From Callorhinchus milii (taxonomy: Eukaryota), in contig NW_024704742.1 in NCBI RefSeq assembly GCF_018977255.1, forward strand, positions 134,046,001-134,110,000: a DNA stretch of 64,000 nucleotides. Direction: 5' to 3'. Positions 26,074-38,280 of the stretch are shown one piece after another. The notes beneath the pieces are model-generated. The model saw nothing but the letters and a program-made list of their open reading frames with translations. It had not been told where the DNA came from and did no database searches. Every line of letters begins with the position of its first letter. Within the stretch, counting starts at the first letter, position 1. The translations under genes were made by a program, and so were the position numbers.

Positions 26074-29000
26074 ATGTTAAGCCAGTGTTCCTCAGGTTAA
26101 GATCAGCCACATTCCCACTTTGTGCTGCACATGTCTAAGCTGTCACCCTTTAGGCCTAAACAGTTACAGTACAGAAGAAGGATCTGGGACCACGGTTGAA
26201 ATAGAGTTCACATCAGCATTTAAGAGGGAATTATATAATTATCTGAGAGATATAAAAGGAGACTGGAACTAGATGGAGAGCTCATTCCGAGAGACAGCAT
26301 CAGGCATGTTGGACACCTCTGTGCTGTAAGTTTATACTATGGTACTAAGAGGTCCGCGGAAGGAGTCTGGTCCGCTATATGCTGCTTTAGGAAGATCCTT
26401 TGGAGAAAATAAAAATCAATCCACGACTGTTTGTGCGCAATTGGCTGCCGCGTTTTTCCCACCATATATACAGTCAATTCACTTTACAGTATATTCTGTG
26501 AAACGCTTTGAGACGTCTCAATTGCGTGATAAGCCGCTATATCAAACGCAAGGATTATTATTATTATAATTATGGTTTGAATGTGTTAACCTGGTGCAGT
26601 TGGTTGATCTCTCACCAGGAGATCAATCAACAATCAGGATGCTTGAAGTTCAAGGCTTACTTTGGGACTGTGAGTTCCTAGTCTTTATTGACACTGTTTT
26701 GCAGTGCTGAGGGGGTGCTGCATTGCTGGTTTTTTAGATTAGATGGCAACCTAGCATCCATCCCACCTGCATGTTAAAGATCCCATGGCACAACTCAAAA
26801 AGAGAAGGGATTTTATCCCGGTGTCCTCGGCCAACAAATCCCCAAACACAATTTTTGTGCAACATTGATGTTTCACCCCCAAAATATACAGTCAATCCAC
26901 TTTCCAGTGTATTCTGTAAAGCATTTCAAGACGTCTCAACGATGTGATAAGGTGCTATATCAAATGCAAAGAAGATTGTTATTATTATATCAAAAACAAG
27001 CATTATTATTATGTTATCTCTTTAAGACTAGGTGGAGCCATTTAAAGGTCCATTGGGTTCCTTGGCTGTTCTGCCTGATCTGAGACAGCATCCGTCCCCA
27101 GCTTAGTGTTTTTGCCCTGATTTGCATTCAGCAAATTTCCATGCTCTTAGGTAAATTGATTTTACACGGGGGAGGAGGAGGGGGGGAGTGGGAGGGGAAG
27201 CAAGACCAAAAATGCAATTTTAATTCGAAGGACAGAACAAAAATATAACAACTAACAAAGCACGACAATTCTGAACCTTTACATGACTGTTTATCACTAT
27301 TGTCTAATCGCTGTCAGATCAAAGTAGTCATCAGACTCCAATCAGCCAAGTCAATGGTTCATGTGTTCTGTGTTTTTATGGGTTTTCCCATGACCGTACT
27401 TAATGCTGCTAAACTTAGATTCTTTATGCGAGTGTCTAATCCTGATACTTTACCAATGATGAAAAATCAAAGTCTGTTACTGTGGAGAAGCTTATACTGT
27501 CTGTCTGTCTCCCTCTTTAAGCCTTACTCTTAAGACTTACCTCTTTGTCCACACTTTTGGTTTTATCTTTCCCTTCCACCACCCTGTTCAGCTGCCTGGT
27601 TTCCGCCCCCTCCCCCCAAACCCTGGGCTTGGGTGCTCTGCCAGCTGCATAATAATAATAATATTAATAATAATCCTTTTTTTTGATTTAGCATTTTATC
27701 ACAACGTTGAGACGTCTCAAACGATATAATGTAAAATGAATTGACTACTTTGGCGACAAAACACAGCAGCCAGTTTGCGCACAGCAATGTCCCACAAACC
27801 ACCATGGAGTGAATTTTATTTGGGGAATTGTTAGCCAGGACACTGGGAGAGAGAAACTCCCTTCTCTTTTCGAATAGTACCATGCGATCTTTAACGTCCA
27901 CTTGAACATACAAACGGGACATCAGTTTAACATCTAATCTGAAGGACAGCACTTCTGACAACACAGTCCCCCCCCCAGTGCTGCACTGAAGTTTCAGCTT
28001 TCTACAAAATGCAGTCATTACACACATTACACACACACACTTTACACACCCTTTGAAAAGTGAAGGGAGTTTCGTCTGGTGTCCTGGCCAACGATCTCCC
28101 TAATAAATATTGGTCATTAGTTTCATGGCTGTTTATTCACCGATGTCAAATGCACGATATCAAATGTAAGGATTATTATTAATAATATTACTGAAATGCT
28201 GGTTTCTGCCTTCCTTTTGGCTATTAGCCGACATGATTTACATACGGTTGGAAATATGTTCTCTGAGTCCATGACCTTCTGTATTAATCATCCCACATTA
28301 TCTGATGGTATTGCAATGGATTCTTCTACTGTATTCATTTATTTTGAATATATTGGGTTATGATATCAAGCTCATTCAGAACAATCTCTTTAGTACTGCA
28401 TTCATTCTGACGTGGGATTTCTGATCTTTTCTCAAAATCCTGTCTGACCTAGGATATTTTTCAAATGTAATTTGCACCCACAAATCTAAGCTTCAAGTTT
28501 CATATACTTGTTAATCTGGGCTGATGCTCCCGTGAAGTACTGGGGTAGAGCTCAATTGTCAGAAGTGTTGTTCTTTGGAAGAGACATTGAATGTCTGTCT
28601 GCTCATGTAGATGTCAAAGATCCCATGACCCTATTTGTGTGCAAATTGGCTGTCTACAAATACATAAACGCTACACTTACAGGAAAAATCCTGTGAAGCA
28701 CTTTGAGATATCCCAACAATATTAATAATCCATGGATTTGCATTTGATATAGCGCCTTATCGCATCTTAGAGACATTCCAAAACGCTGCACACAATATAA
28801 TGTAAAGTGAATTGACTGTATATTTTTGTGAGTGAAATACAAGGATATCAAATGCAAGGATAATTATTATGAATAATAATAATAATAAATATTACCAATA
28901 AGGCTTACCTTTCTTTGTCCCTTTTCAACTGGAGTCAATAGCTAATTGTGGCTGCTCTCCACCTTCAAGTATGGCTAGCTTTCTTGTTCATCATTGTTAA

Positions 29001-31085
29001 ACATGCCGTTATATATATGGCGCCAGGAATTGTTCAAGAGTTGAAAGATGTCTGGGAGAAATGGAATCTTTCGTTATTCACCTAATCAATTTCTCTTTCT
29101 GTTCTTGAAAATCCCTCCATTGACTCTTTTGAAAGTAATAAGATACTTGACACTTGCCTTGCATTTAACATGGTGCCTTTCACATCAGGAGAAAGTCTCA
29201 AAGTATTTCACACGATTTATTGTAGTGTAGTTGAATGTGTATGTTGTAAGTGGAAGATAATTCAGATCACTGCAATACTCTTCTTTGCTCAATAATCTAT
29301 TGAAACTATCTTTTTCTCCTTCTTTGAATCCCTTAAGATGTATTTTTGTGTGAGCTGTGATGTCTTTGAAGATACTGTCTTTGAAGTTAACTGATTTAAA
29401 TTCCTCCACTTGTCTTGAAGTGAATAACCAATTTTGCCTGAGTGATGGCTGACCAAGGCAATGGAAGAAACTCCCTTCTTTACTTGAATGGTGGCATGGG
29501 TTCTTGAACTTGAACAAGTAGACAGGACCTCGGATTAATGTCTCATCTGCAGGACAGCACTTCTGTTAATACACTGCTTCCCCCAGTGTCAGCCTGGCTG
29601 TGGATTCCGAGACTTGACTTGGGGCTTGAACCCACAACCTTGTGACTCAGAGGCAAGAGTGTTACTAACTGAGCCGGGCTGACACCTACTTTTTATTAAG
29701 GGCAGTTAATAGTCCAGTTTTAATTGTCTGGTGCCCTCATAAATTTGGTATTTTTGTTGTCCTCTGTTCTAAATGCAACAAACTATAGATAGTAAGATGC
29801 TCTTATAACTGAGGTGCCCACAAGGTAAGATTCTATTGTGGATATAATTCATCTTTTGAAACATTAGTAATCTTTCCTATGATGCCCATAACATCAAAAG
29901 TCTCAAAGTGCTTCAAAAGGAATTGCTGTCAAAGGCATCTAACTCTGGAAAATTCTTCCTCTATCCCTCCACCTTGCCTCCTCCTTCCCTACCTTCATGG
30001 CGCACCTGAAGACCTTCCTCCTCAATCGTGCCTACGGTCACCTCCCTCCCCCCAACTCAGTGTCGTGCTCTGCCACTGTCAAGTGTTCTGAGGCGCGACC
30101 CTGCATGAGGAGCGCTATATAAATGCAAGTTGTTGTTGTAGTAGTGACTGAGTATTTGTACACACCCTCAAAGTCAATTTTGTGCACAGCAAGATCCCAC
30201 AAACAGCCAAGAAATTACCTAGAATCCAGCACGGAAACAGATATTCAGCCAAACTCATCCATGCCAGTGTTAATACTCCACATGAGCTTCCAACCCTCAA
30301 TATGTCTATTCTATTCCCTTCTCCCTCATTTCTGCTTCAACCAACAACAACAACAACAATTTGGATTTATATAGCGCCCTCCACACCAGACGTCATCTCA
30401 GAACGCTTCACAATAACGGATCCCGGGGCCGAGCCAGGGGGAGGGGGAAGAAGGTGATCAAAGTCGTGGTCGAAACGCAGCTTCCAGCAGTGAGTTCCAC
30501 ATTCTCACCATCCTCTGCATGAAGACTTTCCTCCTAAACTCCCTATTGGATCTACTAATTAATATTTATGCCCTCAGATCACTCTTCTGCTTAATGTCTT
30601 AGACAGGATGATCACTGATCAATTTATCTAGGTGGGGAGGATCACAACACTGAGACAAACTCCCTTCTCTGGTAAAAATTAAACACAGAGAAAAAGTGAG
30701 ACCGACATAGAAGTTCTTATTGAGGAGCCTTTTCTTCAGTTGAAATGTTAAATTGAGATCCTTCCCGTCTGCCTGTTCAGGTGGGCGCTAAAGATCCCAT
30801 GGCACTATTCAAAGGAGAAGGGAGTTTCTCCCGCTGTCTTGGCCAACAATTCCCCAAATAAAATTGGTCACTCACTTTGTGGCTAATTGTGAGACATTGC
30901 TGGGCAAAAAGATTGACTGCCTTGTTTGCCCACAAACCACACAGTCACTGCAGTTAACAGCCTATCCTGTGGAGCAGTTTGGGACCTCCTCCCTATGTGA
31001 AAGGCGCAATAACAAATGCAAGGAATCTTATTAATGTTATTATTACTATTATTGAATGAAACTGAATGATTCTTCCCAACTGCAG

Positions 31086-31173
31086 AATGGAACGGGATGG
31101 GATGTTTGCACAGAAGAAAGCAGAGAGAGCAACTCTTAGAGTGCATTTAAGGGAAAAGTACAGACTTCCAAAG
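31086..31173 (+). CDS. CPLX4: Complexin-4 coding exon 2 (central SNARE-binding helix)
   Basis: Acceptor TGCAG. Reads [29 protein letters not shown]. Donor AAG|GTAAGC; phases 2/0 are consistent. Confidence 0.96.
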
Positions 31174-31714
31174 GTAAGCATATTCAGTATTATATTTTTT
31201 CATCAAATTTGTTTATCCTGCAGGCTATTAGCCTTAGGTAAGTTTCCTTACTCTACACTTATTCCTTACTTTTTACCTAGCAGTAAGTAGGAAGCCGGTT
31301 GTTAGTCAATTGATGGATCGCTTTCCGGGACTAATAATCCCTCCCTCAAAAAATAATGACAATAATTTGGTCATTCAATCCATGACTGTTTGTGGGACGC
31401 TGCTGTGCACAATTGGCAGCCGTATTTTGCCCTCAAAATATACAGTCAATTAATTTTACAGTATATTCCGTGAAGCACTTTGAGACGTCTCAATGACGTG
31501 ATAGGGCACTATATCCAATGCAAGAATTATTATTATTATTATCTTCTATCTGATATGGATATAGTTCTGCAGGAGATAGTAGCTCAAGCTAGTGTCTGTC
31601 TTAAGTATTTAGAAATCTTGTCATCCTCCTGATGATGTAATAAGTGGTGGGCCCCCAGGCAAATATTGCCCTCATGACAACAACAACAACAACAGCAACA
31701 ACTTGCAGAGCAAT

Positions 31715-33260
31715 TCCCATGTGTAGGTGGGATGCCCTGGAGTCATCTGAACTCCTACACCTCTGGCCCTCACTGACCAATCTCTCCTCCTCACTCTCCT
31801 TTCTTCACAACTCCCTCTCCTCCATTCTGAACTCCGTTGCCCCCCTCACCTCCCAAACTGCCTCATACTTCCATAAATCCCCTTGGTACACCAGCCATCT
31901 CCGATCCCTCAAAGCACAAGTGCGAGCTGCCGAATGCGCCTGGACCAATTCAAAACTAACGGTCCATCGGCAGATTTGGCTTCACCACACCAAGATCTAC
32001 TGCTGCGGTCTTGTCTCTGCCAAATCCTCCTTCTACTTCAAGGTTATCTTGGAGGCAAGGAACAACCCCCGGCTTCTCTTTTCCACCACTAACCATTTCC
32101 TCCATCCACCTGCCCATACCTCGCTCATCCTCTCTTCAAACTCCAACTGTGAGGAGATGCTGGACTACCTCGAATCTACAATCGAGGGGATGCGTTCAGC
32201 CACCTCAGCCCTGTCCACAGCCTCTCCTCTTTAATATCTACATGCTCTCCCTTGGTGACATCATCCGCAGACATGGGGTCAACTGCCGCATGTATGCGGA
32301 ATACATCTTCCCTGGATCCATCTATCTTTCTGCCTCCACCCTCAACTCCAGGACCACTGCTGTCCTGACAGACTGCCTGTCGGACATCAAGTCCTGGATG
32401 GGAGCAAATTTCCTACAGCTGAATGTGAACAAGACTGAGGCCCTCCTGATTGGCTCACACCTGCACCTTTGCTCCTCAGGCTCTGGCAGCATCAACCTCC
32501 ATGGTTGCACACTTCAACTCACCGCCAGTCAGGAACCTCGGTGTCTTGATCGGCTCTCTTTTCTCCCCCACATTCAAGCCATGACCCACTCTGCCTTCCC
32601 TCACTCCGTAACATCGCCAACTCCGCCACTGCCTCACCCCTCAGGCCACTGAAACTCTTGTTCATGCTTTCATCACCTCCAGGCTCGACTATACAAATGC
32701 CCTGCTTGTCGGCCTTACCAACTCCTCCCTCCACAGGCTGCAGATAATCCAGAACTCTGCAGCCCGTGTCCTCTCCCGCACCAAACTCCGTGACCCCCAT
32801 CTTCCCCACTCTCGCCCGACTCCAGTGGTTCCCTATCTTTCAGAGGATCCAGTTCAAGATCCAGGTCCTCACATACAAAGCCCTCCATGGCCTCCCCCCA
32901 CCCTGCGACCTCCATATCCCCTACCAACCTACCCGTTCCCTCCATTCAGCTGGCTCTGGCCTGCTCCATGACCCCCGCCCCACCATTGCCAGGAGAGCCT
33001 TCAGCCACTCTGCCCCCAATCTCTGGAATTCCATCCCCCAGTCACTCCGCCTCGCCCCCTCCTTAACCTCCTTCAAGTCCCGACTCAAGACCCTCCCTTT
33101 CGACCATGCCATTGGCCACCCACCTTCCTCTCCCTTCCCTTCTCCTCCTCCCTGTCCCCAGGTCGGGTCTGAAATGCTGTACCCTGTCCAGCGCCTTGAG
33201 ACATCCTTCCGACATGAAAGGCTCTCTACAAACGTAATCATGTTGTTGTTGTTGTTGTTG
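31715..33260 (+). mobile_element. L2-clade LINE, 5'-truncated and internally deleted
   Basis: Motifs PWYTSHLRSLK, PLLFNIYM..GDIIRRHGV..MYA, DIKSWMGANFLQLNVNKTE, RIQFKIQVLTYKALHG and RAFSHSAPNLWNSIP. Ends in (TTG)n with a 3' tail resembling the SINE tail. Confidence 0.9.
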
Positions 33261-33769
33261 TTTATAGCACCCCCCATGCAAGGTAGAATCCCAGAGCACT
33301 TGAATAGCAGAATCTGACCCTGACCCATTGCAACGTAGGGGATATTGCACCAGCAAAACAACATTGGATAATCTTCTTCTAAATGTGATAGAAAGTCACC
33401 TCAGAAGTAATTATATGACGCTCAGTCAGATCTGTAACTCAAATGCTCCCTTCCATCTAATTTCTTAAGTGCTCTTAACACGTAACACATTATAAATGTA
33501 TAATCTAGATACACAAGGTTGGTCAGTACTCTCTTAACTAGATTAACACCAAATGACTCTCTGACATTCAAACACCAAGTATATCTGGCAGACTAAACCA
33601 AAATTATAATTATTCAGAAAAAGCAACATACATGGGTCTATTAAGCGGCAAACCATCTGCAAACTAGTATGTATTAAGCACTGGAACACCAAACTTGACC
33701 GTGTGTGGGGCCAGGAGGTGAAGCCATTAGAATGGACATAGTGAATACACTAGGACAGGTAAGAGGTAA

Positions 33770-34491
33770 ATAATAATAATAATCCTTGCATTTGATATCA
33801 CGTCTTTAAGACGTCTCAAAGCGCTTCACAGAATATACTGTAAAGTGAATTGACTGTATATTTTGAGGGCAAAACACAGCAGCTAATTGCGCACAGCTGT
33901 GTCCCACAAACAGTCGTGGATTGAGTGGCCAAATTATTTTTTAAATTTATTTTGTAGGAATTATTACCCCAGGAAAAGCAATCCGCCAATTGACTAACAA
34001 CCGGGTTCCTATTTACTGCTAGGTAAACAGAGGTGTGTGGAGTAAGGAAACTTGCCCAACTTTTCGCCCTGCCCAGGAATTGAACCTAGGTCCTCTCGCT
34101 TGCGAGGCGACTTCTCTAACCATTGAGCAACAGGATTCCTGTCTGTCCGTTATGTATATGTCCGGTACCTCACGATGATAATAATAATAATCCTTGCATT
34201 TGATATAGCACTTTTCAAGTCTTCTAGACACCTCAAAGCGCTTCTAAGAATATGCTGTAAAGTGAATTGACCATATATTTGTGGGCGAAATGCGGCAGCC
34301 AATTGCGCACAGCAGTGTCCCACAAACAGTCGTGGATTGAAAATGACCAATTTATTGTTGTTTTGTTTTGGCGGGATTATTATTAGGCGTGTGGAGTAAG
34401 GAAACTTGTTGAAGGTCTCACCCTGCCTGGAATTGAACCCAGGTGTCTCACTTGCAAGGCGAGTGCTCTAACCACTGAGCTACAGGACTCC
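33770..34491 (-). mobile_element. Two tandem full-length tRNA-Ala SINEs (33770-34139 long form; 34180-34491 short form)
   Basis: Both end on the plus strand in the reverse complement of the GGAGTCCTGTAGCTCA head. The second ends 47 nt before CPLX4 exon 3. Confidence 0.9.
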
Positions 34492-34538
34492 ATGATTTGC
34501 ACCTAATGATAATGGCACGTGTCTGTTTCTTTGGTTAG

Positions 34539-34766
34539 AGCGAACAGGACGAGAACCAGATCCAGATGGCGGGGGATGACGTTGACCTGCCAGAGGAGCT
34601 GAGGAAGATGGTGAATGAAGATCAGGAAGAAGAAGAAGACAAGGAATCCTTCATTGGACAGATCCAAAACCTTCCCAACATGGATGTGGACCAAATCAAG
34701 GAAAAAGCACATGCAACACTCAGTGAAATAAAACAAGCGGCTGAGCAGAAATGCTCCTTAATGTGA
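34539..34766 (+). CDS. CPLX4: Complexin-4 coding exon 3 with C-terminal CAAX prenylation motif
   Basis: Acceptor GTTAG. Reads [25 protein letters not shown]...AAEQKCSLM*. Spliced CDS is 167+88+228=483 nt = 160 aa plus stop. Confidence 0.97.
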   Translation, partial: SEQDENQIQMAGDDVDLPEELRKMVNEDQEEEEDKESFIGQIQNLPNMDVDQIKEKAHATLSEIKQAAEQKCSLM

Positions 34767-34990
34767 TGTAAACCAATGTTACTTGCAGGCATTTTCATGA
34801 ACTTTCAGTCCTGATGTTACCCTTAAGAATCCACTCTATTCATGTATCACACACAGCACATCTTTCGCCAAATGGGCGCTCTTGATATTTTAACATCATT
34901 GACATGCATCCATAGCCAGACACATGTGTTTTTCTGCAAAGCACCACACAGTTTCTTGCTTTACATGGCATATATGTATTAATGGATATA

Positions 34991-34996
34991 AATAAA
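34991..34996 (+). terminator. Probable CPLX4 polyadenylation signal
   Basis: First AATAAA about 225 nt after the stop codon, in AT-rich context and followed by T-rich sequence. Confidence 0.55.
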
Positions 34997-35525
34997 TTTG
35001 TTTATATCAAAATATAAATAATATTTTTTATATACCAAGTCACTCAATCCAGGACTAATTATGGGACACTGCTGTGTGCAATTGGCTGCCGCATTTCGCG
35101 CACAAAATAAAGTCAATTCACTTTACAATATAAGTGCTTTGAGATGTTTCAACGATATGATAAGGCTCTATATTAAATGCAAGGATTATCATTATTATAG
35201 GAATGCACAGATGTGCAGGGAGGAGGCTAGATATCTGGGAAGCTGGGTATGGGGACAAGGCAGAGAAATTGGAATTAAATGATCTGCTTTTATTCTAATA
35301 AAATAATAGAACAAGGTTGATGGGTGGAGTGCCCTTCCTTTTAAAAGCGATTCAACACATTATAATTATGCATATACTTGCTTTCTAATATATGGGGACA
35401 TGATGCAATGGGTTAAATCACTGTCTTTTTTGTAACCTGGATTCCAATATATGGGAAATCTGCCATGTATTAAGGTGAAGGGCTCACAGAGCTTGGTGCG
35501 GGAGAAATCTTGTTGTTGTTTTGTC

Positions 35526-35890
35526 TGTCAACTTTGGCTCAGTGGGTAGCGCACTTGCTGCTGAGTCAGAAGGGTGTGGGGTCAAACCCCACTTTCAGGA
35601 CCTGGTGCCATCTTTTGGATGAGACGTCAAACCGAGGTCCCGTCTGCCTGTTCAGGTGAACGTTAAAGATCCCACGGCGCTATTTGAAAAGAGAAGGGAG
35701 TTTCTCCCGAGGTCCTGGCCACAATCCACCCTAATAGAATTGGTCGCCCACTTCACAGCTGTTTGTGAGACATTGTTGCGGCAAATTGTCTGCTGCATTT
35801 GCATATAAAACACACAACACTACACTTTATGGTACATCCTGTGAGGTGCTTTGAGACATCCTTCTGGCATGAAAGGGATCATTGAAGGAA
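35526..35890 (+). mobile_element. Older DeuSINE (SacSINE1/AmnSINE1-like)
   Basis: tRNA-like head TGGCTCAGTGGGTAGC..TGAGTCAGAAGG, then Deu-domain text GGATGAGACGTCAAACCGAGGTCCCGTCTGCC..GTTAAAGATCCC..GGGAGTT..CCTGGCC. Relatives lie at about 30720-31050, 41935-42290 and 52554-52890 (+), and about 23450-23780, 27670-27990, 29420-29686, 38030-38430 and 61130-61432 (-). Confidence 0.75.
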
Positions 35891-36166
35891 TTAATATTAT
35901 TGTTGTTGTTGGAAGGATCATGTAAGCCATCTTTCCTCTTCAGCTGGATCTCCTGAGCTCAATTCAGTCAGCCATCTGGGTTGGGGCTGTGCATCCTAAT
36001 GCTGCAGCCACTGATGTACATAATCTGTAAAAGCCTCTAAAACCTAATCTTTTAACATCAATTCAGTCAATGTTCAAAAGACATTCATTTCTCCTCTTCT
36101 TACCAATGTCCTCACATGTCTTTGGCTATCGCAAGCACCCCATAGTGCAGATTTCAGGCCTTACAC

Positions 36167-36395
36167 TAGTGGTGGGCAGCCTTTATGGTCGACCAACAAA
36201 ATAATTGTTCTTGATTGAATATTTTTTGATATTTCTAATGCCTTAAATCGCGAAATATTCAATCAAGAAAAAACTGAAAATGCACAACTGATCAAACACG
36301 GACTCACCTAGACTTGTGCGAGTGTTTGGGCAGGTAGCTTCTTGATGGCCCCATGGACCACTTCTGGCCCATGGGCAATAGTTTGGCCACCACTA
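36167..36395. mobile_element. hAT-type MITE
   Basis: TIRs TAGTGGTGGGCA / TGGCCACCACTA; degenerate 8-bp TSD CCTTACAC / CCTTAATC; internal palindrome TTCTTGATTGAATATT...AATATTCAATCAAGAA. Confidence 0.75.
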
Positions 36396-36848
36396 CCTTA
36401 ATCAATGGAAATATTCCATCCTGAACATATACCTGGGTGATACAGATAATATATATTTTGCCCACAAGATAATTACAATTAATTCACTTTACAGTATAAT
36501 CTGTGAAGCGCTTTGTGACGTCTCGAAGACGTGATAAGGCGCTATATCTAATGCAAGGATTATTATTATTTCATATAGAACTATTTTGCATCCTTGAGCT
36601 GTCTCAGAACGCTTCATAGGAGATCAATGACCAGCATGAACAGGAAGAGATCTAGAGGACAGATACTACTATCCCAGTTAAATTACTGACCACAGTCAGA
36701 GCATCTATTTATCTTTACTTTCTGGTTCTTATCACCAAGGAGATCTTCAAATCAAACTTCTTTAAAAGTCTCACATATCGAACTTCATCAAATGCCTCCC
36801 AATAATCCAAGTCAATTAATTGTGTTGAATGAACAGTCCTATGGTAGA

Positions 36849-37000
36849 CAAAACACAAAATACTGCAGATGCTGGAGATCTGAAACAAAAACAGAAGTCG
36901 CTGGGAACACTCAGCAGGTCAGGCAGCATCTATGGAGAAAGGAAAATGAGTCAACGTTTCGGGTCCACTACCCTTCGTCAGAACTGGGGCATGTTGGGAG
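36849..37000 (-). mobile_element. Penelope-like element terminal repeat fragment carrying a hammerhead motif
   Basis: Minus strand reads CTGACGAAGGGT..ACCCGAAACGTTGACTC...GATGCTGCCTGACCTGCTGAGTG..CAGCATCTGCAGTATTTTG, the layout I recognise for chondrichthyan Penelope-type termini. Confidence 0.7.
36949..36985 (-). ncRNA. Minimal type I hammerhead ribozyme motif
   Basis: AGUU-CUGACGA-A-GGGU-AGUGG-ACCC-GAAAC-GUU-GACU: both catalytic boxes, 4-bp stem II, 4-bp stem I and an NUH triplet. Confidence 0.7.
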
Positions 37001-37534
37001 GAAGAAGCTTTTTAGGGCTAAAAGTCCTATTGTAGAATTGCGTTACCTCAAGCAATTACATTTGATTCACAAAACAGGACGTGTTGCATTTTTTTGCTCT
37101 ATTTACTTTTTTCCTACAAACACATTTCAGAGGATCCAGAATTTGACAAATTCTTAAATACAGCCTTAATTCTGAAGCCAGCTTTCTTTGAGTTTATTGT
37201 AAGAACTACAAAAAAATCGAGTTCAAAGTTGGGACTGAATTGAACAATTTGTCAAATGCTCTGAAATGCTACATAGTGTAAATCTACAACTGGATGGAAC
37301 TTTAATAACAATAATAATACTTGCATTTGATATAGTGCCTTATCATACTGTTGAGACATGATACTGTCAAGGGAATTGACTGTATATTTTGTGGGTGTAT
37401 TTCCCCCACTAATCAGTAAAGAAAAACATTGCATTTTTCACTTATAGCCACAACATTTATATAGCGTCCTTCACACGTAGTAGAGTCCTAGAGCGCTTAT
37501 GTATGATAACTTCTAAAATCACATTGGCTTGGCT

Positions 37535-37700
37535 CCCTGGATGACTTGTTTGGCAAGCAAACCATGTGCTGTGCTCCTGAGTCATGCTTAAACTCTGGGA
37601 AGCCTCAGGCTCAATCCCTCGTCTGTGCGGAGATAACTGATGAACAAACAGCTCCCTCTATCTTAGGAGAGTGAAAATTAGTCAGAGTTCCATTCCCTCT
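37535..37700 (+). mobile_element. Possible ancient SINE relic (AmnSINE2-like)
   Basis: CTGAGTCATG...GGAAGCCTCAGGCTCAATCCCTCGTCTGTGCGGAGATAACTGAT resembles the AmnSINE2 head as I recall it. Highly diverged. Confidence 0.35.
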
Positions 37701-38146
37701 CCAGCAGCCTCTGGAGCTTACGCTGGGCATTTTAAAAAATAATAATAATCCTTGCATTTAATATTGCACCTTTCACGTCAGGAGGATGTCCCAAAGCACT
37801 TCACAGAATATACTACAGAGTGGAGTTACTGTGTTTTGTAGGTGCATGCAGCAAATATGTGCGCCACAAACAGCCATGAAGTGAACGACCAACAATACCC
37901 CAAATAAATAAAAATGCTCATGCACTTGGCTGTTTGAGGGATATTGCTGTGGGCAAATTGGCTGCCGTATTTGCCTACAAACATTCTTCTGACGTGGAAG
38001 GCATTATACCAAATGTAAGGATTATTATTTTTAATCAGAATATTGTTAGCAGGGGACTGGGAGAATCTTCTTTCTCTTCTTGAATAGTGCCTTTGCATCT
38101 TTAATATCGATCTGAACAAGCAGACAGACAGGACCTTAGTCTAACA

Positions 38147-38280
38147 CAGTGATGGTCAACCCATGGTCAAACCCAATTTTTTCTTGATTGAACATTTCTT
38201 GATTTATGACACAAAAATCAAGAAATATTCAATCAAGAAAAGTTATTTTGTTGGCCGACCATAAAGCTTGACCAACATTG
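38147..38280. mobile_element. hAT-type MITE (same family, shorter, opposite orientation)
   Basis: TIRs CAGTGATGGTCAA / TTGACCAACATTG; perfect 8-bp TSD GTCTAACA at 38139-38146 and 38281-38288. Confidence 0.85.

Noticed and set aside
31644..33317. Long ORFs of 183-213 aa suggesting a gene in CPLX4 intron 2
   Set aside because: These are frameshifted, internally deleted L2 ORF2 remnants; the catalytic YADD is degenerate (YAEY).
22690..34766. Alternative assignment as CPLX3 (LMAN1L-CPLX3 paralogon)
   Set aside because: The sequence matches CPLX4 throughout, the upstream gene ends in the LMAN1-specific KKFF, and RAX lies downstream.
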